Below, piece after piece: positions 35,279 to 50,302 of a stretch of DNA of 62,131 bases. Under the pieces are notes generated by a model, which saw nothing but the letters and a program-made list of their open reading frames with translations, did not search any database and was not told the origin of the DNA. Numbering within the stretch: position 1 is the stretch's first letter; each line of letters starts with the position of its first letter. Made by a program: the position numbers and the translations under genes. The stretch covers positions 1-62,131 of the forward strand of contig CAYQDU010000003.1 of NCBI GenBank assembly GCA_964416275.1, written 5' to 3'. The DNA is from an uncultured Anaerolinea sp. (GTDB lineage: Bacteria > Chloroflexota > Anaerolineae > Anaerolineales > UBA4823).

Positions 35279-35926
35279 CTATTTGCCCAGAAGTTGTTTG
35301 GCCACCGCCACGGCGCCGATGGCGTCTTCGCTGTAGCCGTCGGCGCCGATCTCTTTGACCCAGTCGCGGGTCACCGGCGCGCCGCCCACCATCACCTTCA
35401 CCCGCTGGCGCAGGCCCATGTCTTCCAGGGCTTCCACCACGTCGCGCTGGCGCACCATGGTGGTGGTCAGCAGGGCGCTCACGCCGATGATATCGGCGTC
35501 TACCTCGCGGGCTTTTTCGACCAGCTTTTCCACCGGCACGTCTACGCCCAGGTCGTAGACCTGGAAGCCGGCCGCCGAGAGCATGGTGCCGACCAGGGTC
35601 TTGCCGATGTCGTGGATGTCGCCGTGGATTGTGCCGATCACCACCCGGCCCAACATCTCGCGGGCTGTTCCCAGGCGGGCCATCTCTGGCTCAAGGGCGC
35701 TGACGGCGGTCTTCATGGCTTCGCCGGCCATGACCAATTCAGGCAGGAAGGCGTTGCCGCACGAGAACTCGTTGCCCACGTGGTTTACGCCCACCACGAA
35801 GCCCTGGTTGATGGCCTCCAGCGGGTCGATGCCCTGGGCGATGGCCTGTTGGGCCAGGCTTTCGGCGGCTTCCGAGTCGCCGTCGATGATGCTTTGGGCC
35901 ATGGCTTGGAAAAGTTCAGCGGTCAT
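35279..35926 (-). CDS. Corrinoid (cobalamin)-binding protein, MttC/MtgC-like
   Basis: B12-binding_2 cap (GFVVGVNHVGNEF...FLPELVMAGEAMK) plus the DxHxxG motif GDIHDIGKTLV, SALLTTT and KVMVGGAPV. AAGGAG ribosome-binding site before the ATG at 35926. Confidence 0.93.
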   Translation of the reverse strand: MTAELFQAMAQSIIDGDSEAAESLAQQAIAQGIDPLEAINQGFVVGVNHVGNEFSCGNAFLPELVMAGEAMKTAVSALEPEMARLGTAREMLGRVVIGTIHGDIHDIGKTLVGTMLSAAGFQVYDLGVDVPVEKLVEKAREVDADIIGVSALLTTTMVRQRDVVEALEDMGLRQRVKVMVGGAPVTRDWVKEIGADGYSEDAIGAVAVAKQLLGK

Positions 35927-35970
35927 AGATGATCTCCTTAACAAGATTGGGATGGTGCGGTCGGTTGTAA

Positions 35971-36720
35971 TCACAGGACGGATGAAATCTGGGCTTCGCG
36001 CTCGGCCAGTTGCCTGGCCGGGATGTTGAGGAAGTCCACCAGTTCGTGGGCCAGGTTGTGGATGTGTTCGATCACGCCCAGGGCGGCCCGGCGGCTGTTA
36101 TGGGCGGCCAGGGCGTCGACGATGGCCTGGTGTTCGTCGTATTCGCGGTTCAGGCTGGTCTCCAGCAGTTCGGGATGGCGGAACATATACTCATACAGAC
36201 GCCAGTCGGGAAACTGATTGGAGGCCATCTCATAATGTTTGCTCAACAGGGCGTTGCCGCTGGCTTCGGCGATCAGCAGATGGAAGCGCTTGTTGAGCAG
36301 GCGCTGGCGCGACATATCGGCCAGGGTCATCAGGTCGCGGGTCTGCCAGACCAGGCTTTGCAGGGTTTCCAGTTGGGCGGGGCTGGCGTTGAGGGCCGCC
36401 AGGCGGGCAGCGGCGCTTTCCAGCACCAGGCGCAGGGTGTAGGCGTCGATAATCTCTTCTGGGCTTGGCTCTGGCACGCGCACGCCGCGATAGGGGACGC
36501 GCTCGGCCAGCCCGGCCGATACCAGCAGATCGAGGGCTTCGCGCACCGGGGTCTGGCTGACGCCGAGCTGAGAGGAGATGTCTTCCTGGCGCAGCCATGC
36601 GCCAGGGGCGTATTGCCCGGCTACGATGCGCTGGTGCAGGAAGTCGAACACGCTGTCTTTGAGTGACTTCTTGGGGACGAAGTCGGCCGGGGGGCTGGAG
36701 TCTGCGGGCAGGTTGGACAT
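35971..36720 (-). CDS. GntR/FadR-family transcriptional regulator (FCD domain)
   Basis: YAPGAWLRQEDISSQLGVSQTPVREALDLLVSAGL wHTH; LNKRFHLLIAEASGN and EHQAIVDAL of the FCD domain. Confidence 0.92.
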   Translation of the reverse strand: MSNLPADSSPPADFVPKKSLKDSVFDFLHQRIVAGQYAPGAWLRQEDISSQLGVSQTPVREALDLLVSAGLAERVPYRGVRVPEPSPEEIIDAYTLRLVLESAAARLAALNASPAQLETLQSLVWQTRDLMTLADMSRQRLLNKRFHLLIAEASGNALLSKHYEMASNQFPDWRLYEYMFRHPELLETSLNREYDEHQAIVDALAAHNSRRAALGVIEHIHNLAHELVDFLNIPARQLAEREAQISSVL

Positions 36721-36736
36721 ACCGGCTCCATTGATT

Positions 36737-36749
36737 ATGTATTATACAT
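36737..36749. promoter_or_regulatory. Candidate GntR/FadR operator (ATGTAT-T-ATACAT palindrome)
   Basis: Perfect 6-1-6 inverted repeat in an AT-rich patch between the divergent gntR and MFS genes. Confidence 0.55.
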
Positions 36750-36848
36750 TATATATAATCTGGCGAGGTGATTATATCATAAGCCGCAGGACTCAAACCC
36801 CCAATTGCCATTCGTTTAGTACAATACACTACCATAGGAGACCCTCTC

Positions 36849-38078
36849 ATGAGCCAACCCCAACCCATATCTCCCCTGCCCGGCGGCGAAGCGCCGAAAA
36901 AGGACGCTGTTCCAGGCTACGCCTGGGTGATCCTGGCGGTGGCGTTTATCGCCAGCGTGGCCGCGCCGCTCAACCAGTTCAAAGTATCGCCGGTGATGCC
37001 GGTTTTGATGCAAGTGTTTAACCTGAGCCTGAGCAGCGCCGGGATGTTGATGTCGGTGTTTGCCGTCACCGGGTTCGTCCTGGCCCTGCCGGCCGGGCTG
37101 ATCTTGCAGCGCCTGGGGTTGAAGATCACCGGGCTGCTGGCGATGGGCTGCCTGGTGATTGGGTCGCTGGTGGGCGGGCTGTCGGCTTCGGCCGGGCTGA
37201 TGTTGTTCAGCCGGATCATCGAGGGGGTCGGGATGGGGTTGATCGCAGTCGTTGCCCCGGCGGCCATTGCCATGTGGTTCCCGCCCCACAAACAGGGTGC
37301 GCCGATGGGCCTGTGGGCCACCTGGGTGCCGGTGGGGGCCATCCTCATGTTCGTCCTGGCCCCGGCGATGGCCGACGCGTTTGGCTGGCAGTCGATCTGG
37401 TGGTTTGGGGCGGGGTTTGCCGCCCTGGCCTTCGGGCTGGTGCTGGTCTTCATGCGCACGCCCCCGGCCCTGGAAGCCGGGCGGTCGGCTGGCCTGCCGG
37501 TGGAGCCGCCGGATATGAAGCAAGCCCTGAGGAACCGGAATATGTGGCTGTTGGCTGCCCTGTTTGGGCTGTTCAACCTGGGCACCATGCCCATGAGCAC
37601 CTATTACCCCACCTTCCTCAACACAGTCCGCAATTATGACATGGCAAGCGCTTCCTTCGTCGCCAGCCTTACGATGATGACCATCCTCCTTTCGGCCCCC
37701 CTGGCGGGGGCGCTGCTGGATCGCCTGGGGTCGCGCCGGGCGCTGCTCACCTGGCCGTTCCTGGGGGCGGCCGTGATGATGCTGCTGCCGTTCACCGTCA
37801 CCGGGGCGCTGATCCCGCTGCTGCTGATCCTGATGGGAATCAACTCTGGCGCGGTCCCCACAGCCACGTTCTCGGCCGTGCCGGAAATCATGCGCAAACC
37901 GGAGCTGGCCGGGCTGGGCATGGGGGCGGTGAGCCTGGGGCAGAATTTGGGGATGTTCCTGGGGCCGATCCTGTTTGGGGCGCTGGCCGAGCGCCTGGGC
38001 TGGGCCGCAGCCGGGTTTGCCATGGCGCCGATTCTGCTGGCCGGGCTGTTTATCGGGCGCATGATCCGGGTGCGCTGA
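36849..38078 (+). CDS. MFS transporter (CynX/NimT-like)
   Basis: About 12 hydrophobic helices; ILQRLGLK and LLDRLGSRR loop motifs; WFPPHKQGAPMGLW. Confidence 0.88.
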   Translation: MSQPQPISPLPGGEAPKKDAVPGYAWVILAVAFIASVAAPLNQFKVSPVMPVLMQVFNLSLSSAGMLMSVFAVTGFVLALPAGLILQRLGLKITGLLAMGCLVIGSLVGGLSASAGLMLFSRIIEGVGMGLIAVVAPAAIAMWFPPHKQGAPMGLWATWVPVGAILMFVLAPAMADAFGWQSIWWFGAGFAALAFGLVLVFMRTPPALEAGRSAGLPVEPPDMKQALRNRNMWLLAALFGLFNLGTMPMSTYYPTFLNTVRNYDMASASFVASLTMMTILLSAPLAGALLDRLGSRRALLTWPFLGAAVMMLLPFTVTGALIPLLLILMGINSGAVPTATFSAVPEIMRKPELAGLGMGAVSLGQNLGMFLGPILFGALAERLGWAAAGFAMAPILLAGLFIGRMIRVR

Positions 38079-38147
38079 AAGCCGGTCGATCGCCGGGGGC
38101 CTGGCTTTGCCGCGCCAGGCAGGCCGAAGGCGGAAGAGTCGCCATTC

Positions 38148-39275
38148 TCAAATGTACTGCCGGGCGGCGGGGACGACCTGCGCGTACAGGTGCAGCAACT
38201 CATCACGCCAGCGCTCGCGGCTGTAGCAGCGCCGCACGCGGTCCAGGGCGGCCTGGCCGTATTGCTGGCGCTCGGTGGGCGATTGCAGCAGGCGCAGCAG
38301 GGCGGCGGCCAGCTCGGCCGGCTGGTGGGGGGCCACCAGCAAACCGGCGTTTTCTTCCAATAAGAAGGGGCTTTCGCCCACCCGGGTGGCTACGACCGGC
38401 AGGCCGCTTGCCATGGCTTCCAGCACCGTCACCGGCGTGCCTTCGATGTTCGATGAATTGGCGTATACATCGGCGCAAGCCATCAACCGGCGGGCATCGT
38501 CGCGGTGGCCCAGCAGGAAGATGTGATCGTGCATTTGCAGCCCATCGATCTGGGCTTGCAGCGTGGGCTGCAAATCGCCGCGCCCGGCGATGACCAGGGC
38601 GCTGGGGGGTGCTTTCGACTGGATGCGGGCGTAGGCTTCGATCAGGTCGTGAAAGCTTTTTTGTTCTACCAGCCGGCCAACCGATAAGACCATCAGCCGG
38701 GCAGGATCGCCCATTAACTGGCGGCGCAGGGCCTGGCGCTCGCCGGCCTCCAGGATGGGCAGCGGTTCGATGGCGTTGGGAATGACCACCAGGGGCGCTT
38801 TTGGCCCCAACCGGGCGCGGGCAAACTCTCCGACCATGCGGCCGTTTGCCATGATCACATTTGCCAGATAGCGCATGCTCAGCCGTTCCAGCAGCTCGCG
38901 CCGGCGGGTGTAGGTCTTGTACTCGAAATCGGCGTTGCGCAGTGAGGCGATGACTGGCGTGCCGCTCAAGACCCCGGCGGCCGGGCCAATGATGTTGGCA
39001 TAGGTCAGGTAAGTGTGCAGCAGGTCGAACTTTTCGGCCCGCAGAAAGCGGGTCAGCCGGGCAAAGCTGCCTGGGCTAAACAGGACGTCGAACGGGAAGG
39101 AGACCACCGGCGCACCCAGTTCGTTCAACCGGGCCGGGACGGTCGAATCGGATGAATCGCTCAGGTCGATTACGGTGATCTCGATGCCCAGCGGGCGCAG
39201 AGTCTCCACCAGGAAGATCTGCATCCGCTGGGCGCCGCCCCAATACAGGGTGTCAAGCATCTGGGCAATTCGCAT
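38148..39275 (-). CDS. GT4 (GT-B fold) glycosyltransferase
   Basis: LYWGGAQR, DLLHTYL, VIPNAI, SVGRLVEQKS, DVYANSSNIEGTPVTVLEAMASGLPVVAT (E-x7-E). Confidence 0.92.
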   Translation of the reverse strand: MRIAQMLDTLYWGGAQRMQIFLVETLRPLGIEITVIDLSDSSDSTVPARLNELGAPVVSFPFDVLFSPGSFARLTRFLRAEKFDLLHTYLTYANIIGPAAGVLSGTPVIASLRNADFEYKTYTRRRELLERLSMRYLANVIMANGRMVGEFARARLGPKAPLVVIPNAIEPLPILEAGERQALRRQLMGDPARLMVLSVGRLVEQKSFHDLIEAYARIQSKAPPSALVIAGRGDLQPTLQAQIDGLQMHDHIFLLGHRDDARRLMACADVYANSSNIEGTPVTVLEAMASGLPVVATRVGESPFLLEENAGLLVAPHQPAELAAALLRLLQSPTERQQYGQAALDRVRRCYSRERWRDELLHLYAQVVPAARQYI

Positions 39276-39288
39276 AGGTTTACCTGGC

Positions 39289-45090
<5,802 letters not shown>

Positions 45091-45144
45091 GTTAACTCCT
45101 CATCAACAATCAAACCGGTATAGTTTAGCCGCCTGGACCCGCTT

Positions 45145-46614
45145 TTATTGCTCCTGAAACGCGCCGCGTAACTGCCGCCAGCCAAAAGCAAGCGCCTCAG
45201 GTTTGAGGATCAACAAGGCCGCCAGATAAAGAATACCACCCGTGAGGATGCTCACGGTCATTTGCAGCCAGGGGTTCAATGCCTGGCTGAAGCTCAAAAC
45301 GATTTGGGTTCCCAGGGCCATCAGCCCGCCGGCCGCAAAGGCCGGCCAGAGCGCTTCGAACAGCCGGGCCAGGCTGATCCGAATCAGGCGGGTGGCGACG
45401 TACAGGCTGAGGACAGCCCCCACCAGGGCCGCCGCAGCCTGCATCTGCCCGACGGCGGTGATGGAGCGAGCCACGCTCACGGCCCACCATAGGGCCGGGA
45501 AGAGGATCCCCAGCCGCGCCAGCCCCACCCAGGTGAGGATCTGCGGCCGGCCTTCGGCCTTGTAGATGCTCCCGGCCGGGTAGGCCAGCGAGATAAACAG
45601 GGTGTACAGGGCCAACATCTGAATAACCGGCGCGGCCGGCGCCCATTTTTCGGAGAAGATCGCCACAGTGAGCGGGTGGGCGATGATCGCCAATCCAAAG
45701 GCCAGCGGAACGGTGACCAGGGCCAGATAGCGGCTGGTGAGATAGAAGCCCCGCCCCAGGCTGTCTGGCTCGGAGCGCATGTGGGTATAGATGGGGAACA
45801 GCACATAGCCCAGGATGCGGGCGAATTGCAAGATCAGCAGGTCGGGCAGGCGGAAGGCAATCGTATACACGCCCAGGGCCGCCGAACCCAGATAGCGCCC
45901 TACCAGCAGGTAATCCAGATTGACCAGCAAGATGGCAACGATATCGACCCCCAGGATTTTGACCCCATAGCGGAGCAGCTCGCGCGCCATACGCCGGTCG
46001 AACTCGAAAGCCGGCTGCCAGGGGGTGATGATCCAGTAGGCCAGGGCTGCAACCAGGGTGCCGCTCAGGTAGCCCCAGATCAGGCTCCAGGCCCCATACC
46101 CCAGCCAGGCGAACAACATGGAAGCCAGGCCCTTGACCAACCCTTGCAGGGCGTCGGGCAGGAAAATACGCCCGAACATCAGCCGCTTGGTCAAAACGGC
46201 ATCGTGCGTGTCGCCCAGCGAGCGCAGCGGATAAACGAAGCCCAATATGCGCAGCACGGGCGTCACGCGCGGGTCATTGAAATACAGGCTTGCCAGCGGC
46301 GCCACCAGCCAGGTGAGGCCAAACACCAGCAGGCCGATCAGCAGGTTGAGCCAGAAGCCCGTAGAAGCGGTGCGCTTGTTTTCGGGGTAGTAGATCAGGG
46401 CCGGGCCTACGCCCAGGTCGCTGACCACGTCGAGAAACGAGATGGCGGTTAGCGCATAGCCTACTACCCCGAAGTCATCCTGGCTGAGCAGGCGCGCCAG
46501 AAAAGCTGTGCTGATTAGCACCATCAGCTTCCCGGAAAAGAAAGTGAGATAGTGCCAGGCAGCCCCCTGGAGGGTGGATTTCCCTAAATTGGCGCGCCGC
46601 TCTGCTTCAGCCAT
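45145..46614 (-). CDS. Wzx/PST-family polysaccharide flippase
   Basis: LARLLSQDDFGVVG, SDLGVGPALI, GYGAWSLIWG, LVNLDYLLVGRYLGSAALGVYTIAFRL, IFSEKWAPAAP; many TM helices. Start set at ATG 46614 (GGAG ribosome-binding site). Confidence 0.9.
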   Translation of the reverse strand: MAEAERRANLGKSTLQGAAWHYLTFFSGKLMVLISTAFLARLLSQDDFGVVGYALTAISFLDVVSDLGVGPALIYYPENKRTASTGFWLNLLIGLLVFGLTWLVAPLASLYFNDPRVTPVLRILGFVYPLRSLGDTHDAVLTKRLMFGRIFLPDALQGLVKGLASMLFAWLGYGAWSLIWGYLSGTLVAALAYWIITPWQPAFEFDRRMARELLRYGVKILGVDIVAILLVNLDYLLVGRYLGSAALGVYTIAFRLPDLLILQFARILGYVLFPIYTHMRSEPDSLGRGFYLTSRYLALVTVPLAFGLAIIAHPLTVAIFSEKWAPAAPVIQMLALYTLFISLAYPAGSIYKAEGRPQILTWVGLARLGILFPALWWAVSVARSITAVGQMQAAAALVGAVLSLYVATRLIRISLARLFEALWPAFAAGGLMALGTQIVLSFSQALNPWLQMTVSILTGGILYLAALLILKPEALAFGWRQLRGAFQEQ

Positions 46615-46689
46615 AGTCTCCCTGGCAAGATGCCCCATGCAAATAGATTGAAGCGCCTGGAACCGCTAAAATCTGGCGAAGTCTGACCG

Positions 46690-47204
46690 GTAGTTGGGAG
46701 TTTGCAGATGGCTGCGCCGCCCGCAAACTCCCAACTACAGAAATTTTCCCGGCGAAGCCGGAACAACCTTTATTCGATAGCCGAGGGATGCCAACCGCGA
46801 CCCTCCAGAGAAAAAACTTTCTTCGGGTCAAACCGAAAAGATTGCACTATTTTCCGGTATGGAAACGAACGGGCCTGAATTGCCCCGCTTCAGGCCGCCC
46901 GGCTGCGAAACCAATTTGGGCTCTTCCGCTGAAGGCGGAGTTGACCTATCTTTTGGGGGTTGCGGTTGGCTACACCAACGGTACCACTCCATTAAACCGT
47001 GGAACAGGCATGGCGCTCTGCGAGCGCCTTCAAAAAGAGTTGTTTCGTGAATTTTGTCGCCCGAAGTGCGACAAAATCCACGATTCATCCTCTTTCCAGG
47101 CGAGCTTCGCTCGCCAGTCCTCTCCACCCCGGTTAAGTGGGGAGCTACCACATCAACTGCAACCCCAAAAAGATAGAAATTTTCCCGGCCAAGCCGGAAG
47201 AACC
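46690..47204. repeat. Large intergenic mosaic: GTAG-initiated 16-bp hairpin (46690-46738), R3 (46741-46768), R5 minus (46923-46942), R2 copy B (46987-47115), R1 (47113-47149), R3 (47177-47204)
   Basis: Direct sequence matches to modules at 4339-4502, 33608-33784, 55656-55804 and 60012-60036. Confidence 0.85.
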
Positions 47205-47209
47205 CCAAT

Positions 47210-48190
47210 TTACTTCTCGAAAGGCATTTCCATCCAAATCAGAGTCTGGTGAGCCCAGAAGCCGGCCTGGCGGATAGCCTCATCGAAGTGACGCGCCGGG
47301 TAGTCGATCATCAGAGCGCGCCGGGAAGCCAGGTCGGTGCGGGCTTTCACCAACAGGGCCTGCACCACGCGCTCGTCGATTATCGCCGGGGCGGCCAGCC
47401 ACAAGGCGTTGGCGTAGCCGGCGGTGGTTTGCCAGGCCAGGGCGGCCTGCAGCTTGCCATCCCGCAGCGCCGCCCACTGGCGGGTGGTGATGGCATACAA
47501 AAATCGGTACACGCCCCCCACCAGGCCGGGCCGCAAGGCGGCGATTTTGATCGGCATATGCCAGGAGAGCCGGTCTGGGTAGCTGCGCTCCAGCCAGGCT
47601 CGCTGGTAGTTCCACGCTTTGCCGGGCGGGGCGCCAAAGCTGTAGCCAGGCGGCAGCGCGGCGGGCGGTATTTCGGGCTGGCTGAACCAGGTCGTGCGCC
47701 GGGCGCGCTCTAAAAAGCCTAATCCCTGGTACAGCCGGATCGCTCCGGGGTTATCTTCGCGCACGTGCAGCCAGACTGCCGGGCAGCTCCGCAGGCGGGC
47801 ATGTTCGGCCGCTTTGGCGGTCAGTTCTTTTGCAATTCCACGCCGCCGATATTCAGGATGCACAGCCACGTTGGCGATCAGAAAATAGCGCCGGCCCTTG
47901 AGAAAATAAGGGATCAGACTGACATTGCCCACCAGCCGCCCATCCTCCAGCCATACATACCCCTGCATGGCCGGCGCGGCCCACTCGGCTGAATTGATCC
48001 AGCTCGTCCAGGAGGCGTTGTTGGCCGCGCTGCGCATGCGGCCCAAATAATCCCGCCCGTCGGGGTCGAGCGTATCGGAGAAACAAATCTCGACCAGGTC
48101 GGCCACAGCGCCTAAATCTCGCCGCACATCGAATGGGCGGATGTGGGTCTCGGCCGCAGCAGAAGGATGAACATCGGCGATTGCAGTCAT
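47210..48190 (-). CDS. GNAT-family N-acetyltransferase
   Basis: GRLVGNVSL, IANVAVHPEYRRRGIAKEL (acetyl-CoA motif A), LHVREDNPGAIRLYQGLGF; a second degenerate GNAT-like half follows. Confidence 0.88.
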   Translation of the reverse strand: MTAIADVHPSAAAETHIRPFDVRRDLGAVADLVEICFSDTLDPDGRDYLGRMRSAANNASWTSWINSAEWAAPAMQGYVWLEDGRLVGNVSLIPYFLKGRRYFLIANVAVHPEYRRRGIAKELTAKAAEHARLRSCPAVWLHVREDNPGAIRLYQGLGFLERARRTTWFSQPEIPPAALPPGYSFGAPPGKAWNYQRAWLERSYPDRLSWHMPIKIAALRPGLVGGVYRFLYAITTRQWAALRDGKLQAALAWQTTAGYANALWLAAPAIIDERVVQALLVKARTDLASRRALMIDYPARHFDEAIRQAGFWAHQTLIWMEMPFEK

Positions 48191-48253
48191 GCGCTACTCT
48201 CTCCACCATTTTACCGCATTTTGCTCTGAATTCTCTTTCTCACCCCCGGCTAA

Positions 48254-48262
48254 TGATATAAT
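48254..48262 (+). promoter_or_regulatory. Candidate extended -10 promoter (TGaTATAAT) for the nurA operon
   Basis: TGATATAAT about 100 nt upstream of the nurA start. Confidence 0.5.
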
Positions 48263-48360
48263 GTCAAACGCTTGTGCTAAAAAAGCAGTAGCTTGGTGGG
48301 GTGGTGCTTCGTGGGCGCGGCTCACGAAAGACCGGCGCATCAATGACGATACGGACCCCT

Positions 48361-49557
48361 ATGTCAATTGATTTTCAGCAAGTACGCCAGCAAATCAAGA
48401 CCCTGGGAGAAGGGGCCAGGCTGCGCGCTGCGCGCCTGATCGAACTGCGCCAGCAGGCCGAGGCCTTGCTGGCCCAACATGCCGACAACCCGGCGTTCTT
48501 AGAGCAGCGCGCCGTGCGCATCATGCGCCTGTATGACCCTAACCTGCGCTGCGCTTTGCCCGCCCGCCAGAACCCCGAACCGCTCAACGCCCATTTTCCT
48601 CAGCCCAATCTGCCGGTGGAGGCGACCCTGTTGGCCGCCGATGGCTCGCAGATTGCGCCCGACCGCAACGTCGAGGTCAACTATGGCCTGATTAACGTCG
48701 GCGCAATCCAGATGCGTTTGCAGACCCCCCACGCGCCCCAGGTGAGCATCCAGAGCCGCCTGCTGTACGATGAGCTGATCCAGGGGCCGGGCGGCGGGCT
48801 GATGGCCGAAGACCGCCTGGCCCTGGAGCGCGACCTGAGCGAGCGCATCCGCCTGGCCGAGTTGGCCGAGCAGGCCCCTCCGCCGATAGTCAGCCTCACC
48901 GATGGCCCGCTGGAGCTGTGGGGAGCTAAGGAGACGCAAGACGGCGAGTTCCTCAACAGCCTGGAGCAGTACCAGGCTGCCCTGCTGCGCCTGTGTCGCA
49001 TTGGCGCGACCACCGCCGGATATGTGGATAAGCCGGCCGCCAACCTGCTGGTGCGCCTGTTAGAAATCGCCTCGCTGAGCGAAGAAGAGCTTCCCGAAGT
49101 CAAAAAAAGCTACCCCCTGCAAGGGGTGACCGATCGCTATTTGTTCAACCGGCTGCTTGCGCCGGGCGAGCGTTCGGCCGTGTTTGCCATGCAGTCGCGC
49201 TCGGCCCAGCGCTACCAGGATGAGCTGGCGCTGCATTTCTTCTATTTGAATGTGGGCCGCCAGCAGCATCCCTGGGTGGCGCGGGTCGAGATCCCGGCCT
49301 GGGTAGCCCAAGACTGCGCCCTGCTGGACGGGCTGCACGCCGTGTTGATGGCTCAAAGCCGGGCCTTAGGCGCGCATCCCTATCCCTATATTCTGCACCG
49401 CGCGCATGAAGCCGCCGTGGTGACGTTTGAGGAAAAAGCCGAAGTCACCCAGATGATCGTTCTGGAGCTGCGCAACCGGGGGGTCGAGGTGGACGAAGGC
49501 TCGCAAAAGCAGGCCAACAAGAACGTCAGTGGTGGGCGCACTTCATTTCCAAACTAG
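48361..49557 (+). CDS. nurA: NurA-family 5'-3' nuclease
   Basis: LLAADGSQI (first catalytic Asp), LTDGPL (second Asp), AGYVDKP, FFYLNVG, RVEIPAW, YPYILHRAHEAAVV. Confidence 0.88.
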   Translation: MSIDFQQVRQQIKTLGEGARLRAARLIELRQQAEALLAQHADNPAFLEQRAVRIMRLYDPNLRCALPARQNPEPLNAHFPQPNLPVEATLLAADGSQIAPDRNVEVNYGLINVGAIQMRLQTPHAPQVSIQSRLLYDELIQGPGGGLMAEDRLALERDLSERIRLAELAEQAPPPIVSLTDGPLELWGAKETQDGEFLNSLEQYQAALLRLCRIGATTAGYVDKPAANLLVRLLEIASLSEEELPEVKKSYPLQGVTDRYLFNRLLAPGERSAVFAMQSRSAQRYQDELALHFFYLNVGRQQHPWVARVEIPAWVAQDCALLDGLHAVLMAQSRALGAHPYPYILHRAHEAAVVTFEEKAEVTQMIVLELRNRGVEVDEGSQKQANKNVSGGRTSFPN

Positions 49558-49573
49558 TCATGAGGAAACTGCA

Positions 49574-50179
49574 ATGACGCATACCATTCCCATCGGCCGC
49601 TTGCTGCGGGCAGGTACGGCCGGCTTTGTGGTTGGCTGCCGGGTGTCTCAGTTGGATGATCCATCCTTTGGCGCGCTGGTAATCGCGCCGGTCAGCCGCA
49701 GTTACCAGATTTATGGCCTCATTTACGATATTCATATCGACGACGATGGGCTTGTGCGCCAGTTGGTGACCGCCGACCGGGTGGACGACGACATCATCAA
49801 CGATAATCGCCAGAACCGCAACGTGCCGTTGGAGATCAGCGTGCTTTCGGTGGGCTACCGCTTGGATGGGCGCGTCTATCACCTGCTGCCGCCCCGCCCG
49901 CCCCTCAGCCTGGATGTGATCTGCCTGTGCAGCGACGATGAAATGTGTGAATTTACTGGCGCGGGGCGCTTTGGCTATTTTCGCCACCTGCTGCGTGCCG
50001 CCGACCTGCCCCTGGGCGAGCTGCTGGCCGCCCACATCCAGCAGGTGCAGGATTGCCAGGCTCAACACGGCCGCCCCGCCTGGACTCAGGCTGCTGTGCA
50101 AGAGCTGATTACCTTGCTGCGCGACGATTACCCCCGCCTGATGGACGTGCTGCGAGGCATCGGAGAAGTTTCCGATTGA
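49574..50179 (+). CDS. Stand-alone HAS-barrel-like protein (no ATPase domain)
   Basis: IGRLLRAGTAGFVVGC...PSFGALV...IYGLIYDI resembles the N-terminal barrel of the adjacent HerA (IGYIVGGS...QEGGFVVV...FYGLITDL); no Walker motifs. Confidence 0.6.
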   Translation: MTHTIPIGRLLRAGTAGFVVGCRVSQLDDPSFGALVIAPVSRSYQIYGLIYDIHIDDDGLVRQLVTADRVDDDIINDNRQNRNVPLEISVLSVGYRLDGRVYHLLPPRPPLSLDVICLCSDDEMCEFTGAGRFGYFRHLLRAADLPLGELLAAHIQQVQDCQAQHGRPAWTQAAVQELITLLRDDYPRLMDVLRGIGEVSD

Positions 50180-50302
50180 GGCGGATGAGGGCGCCGCCGC
50201 GCCGCGGCTGCACCCTCATCCGCCTCAATCCGGTGGGGAGTTGCCGGCCGCGGGGCGGCCGGTAAAACCTTCGCCGGCCAATCACACCAATCGGAGGCCG
50301 CT

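Noticed and set aside
46770-47252. Small ORFs (46788-47252 plus, 46828-47208 minus) and similar ORFs at 33307-33905 as a possible transposase or repeat-encoded peptide
   Set aside because: They are translations of the palindromic repeat mosaic, with no HUH/DDE motif and no ribosome-binding site.
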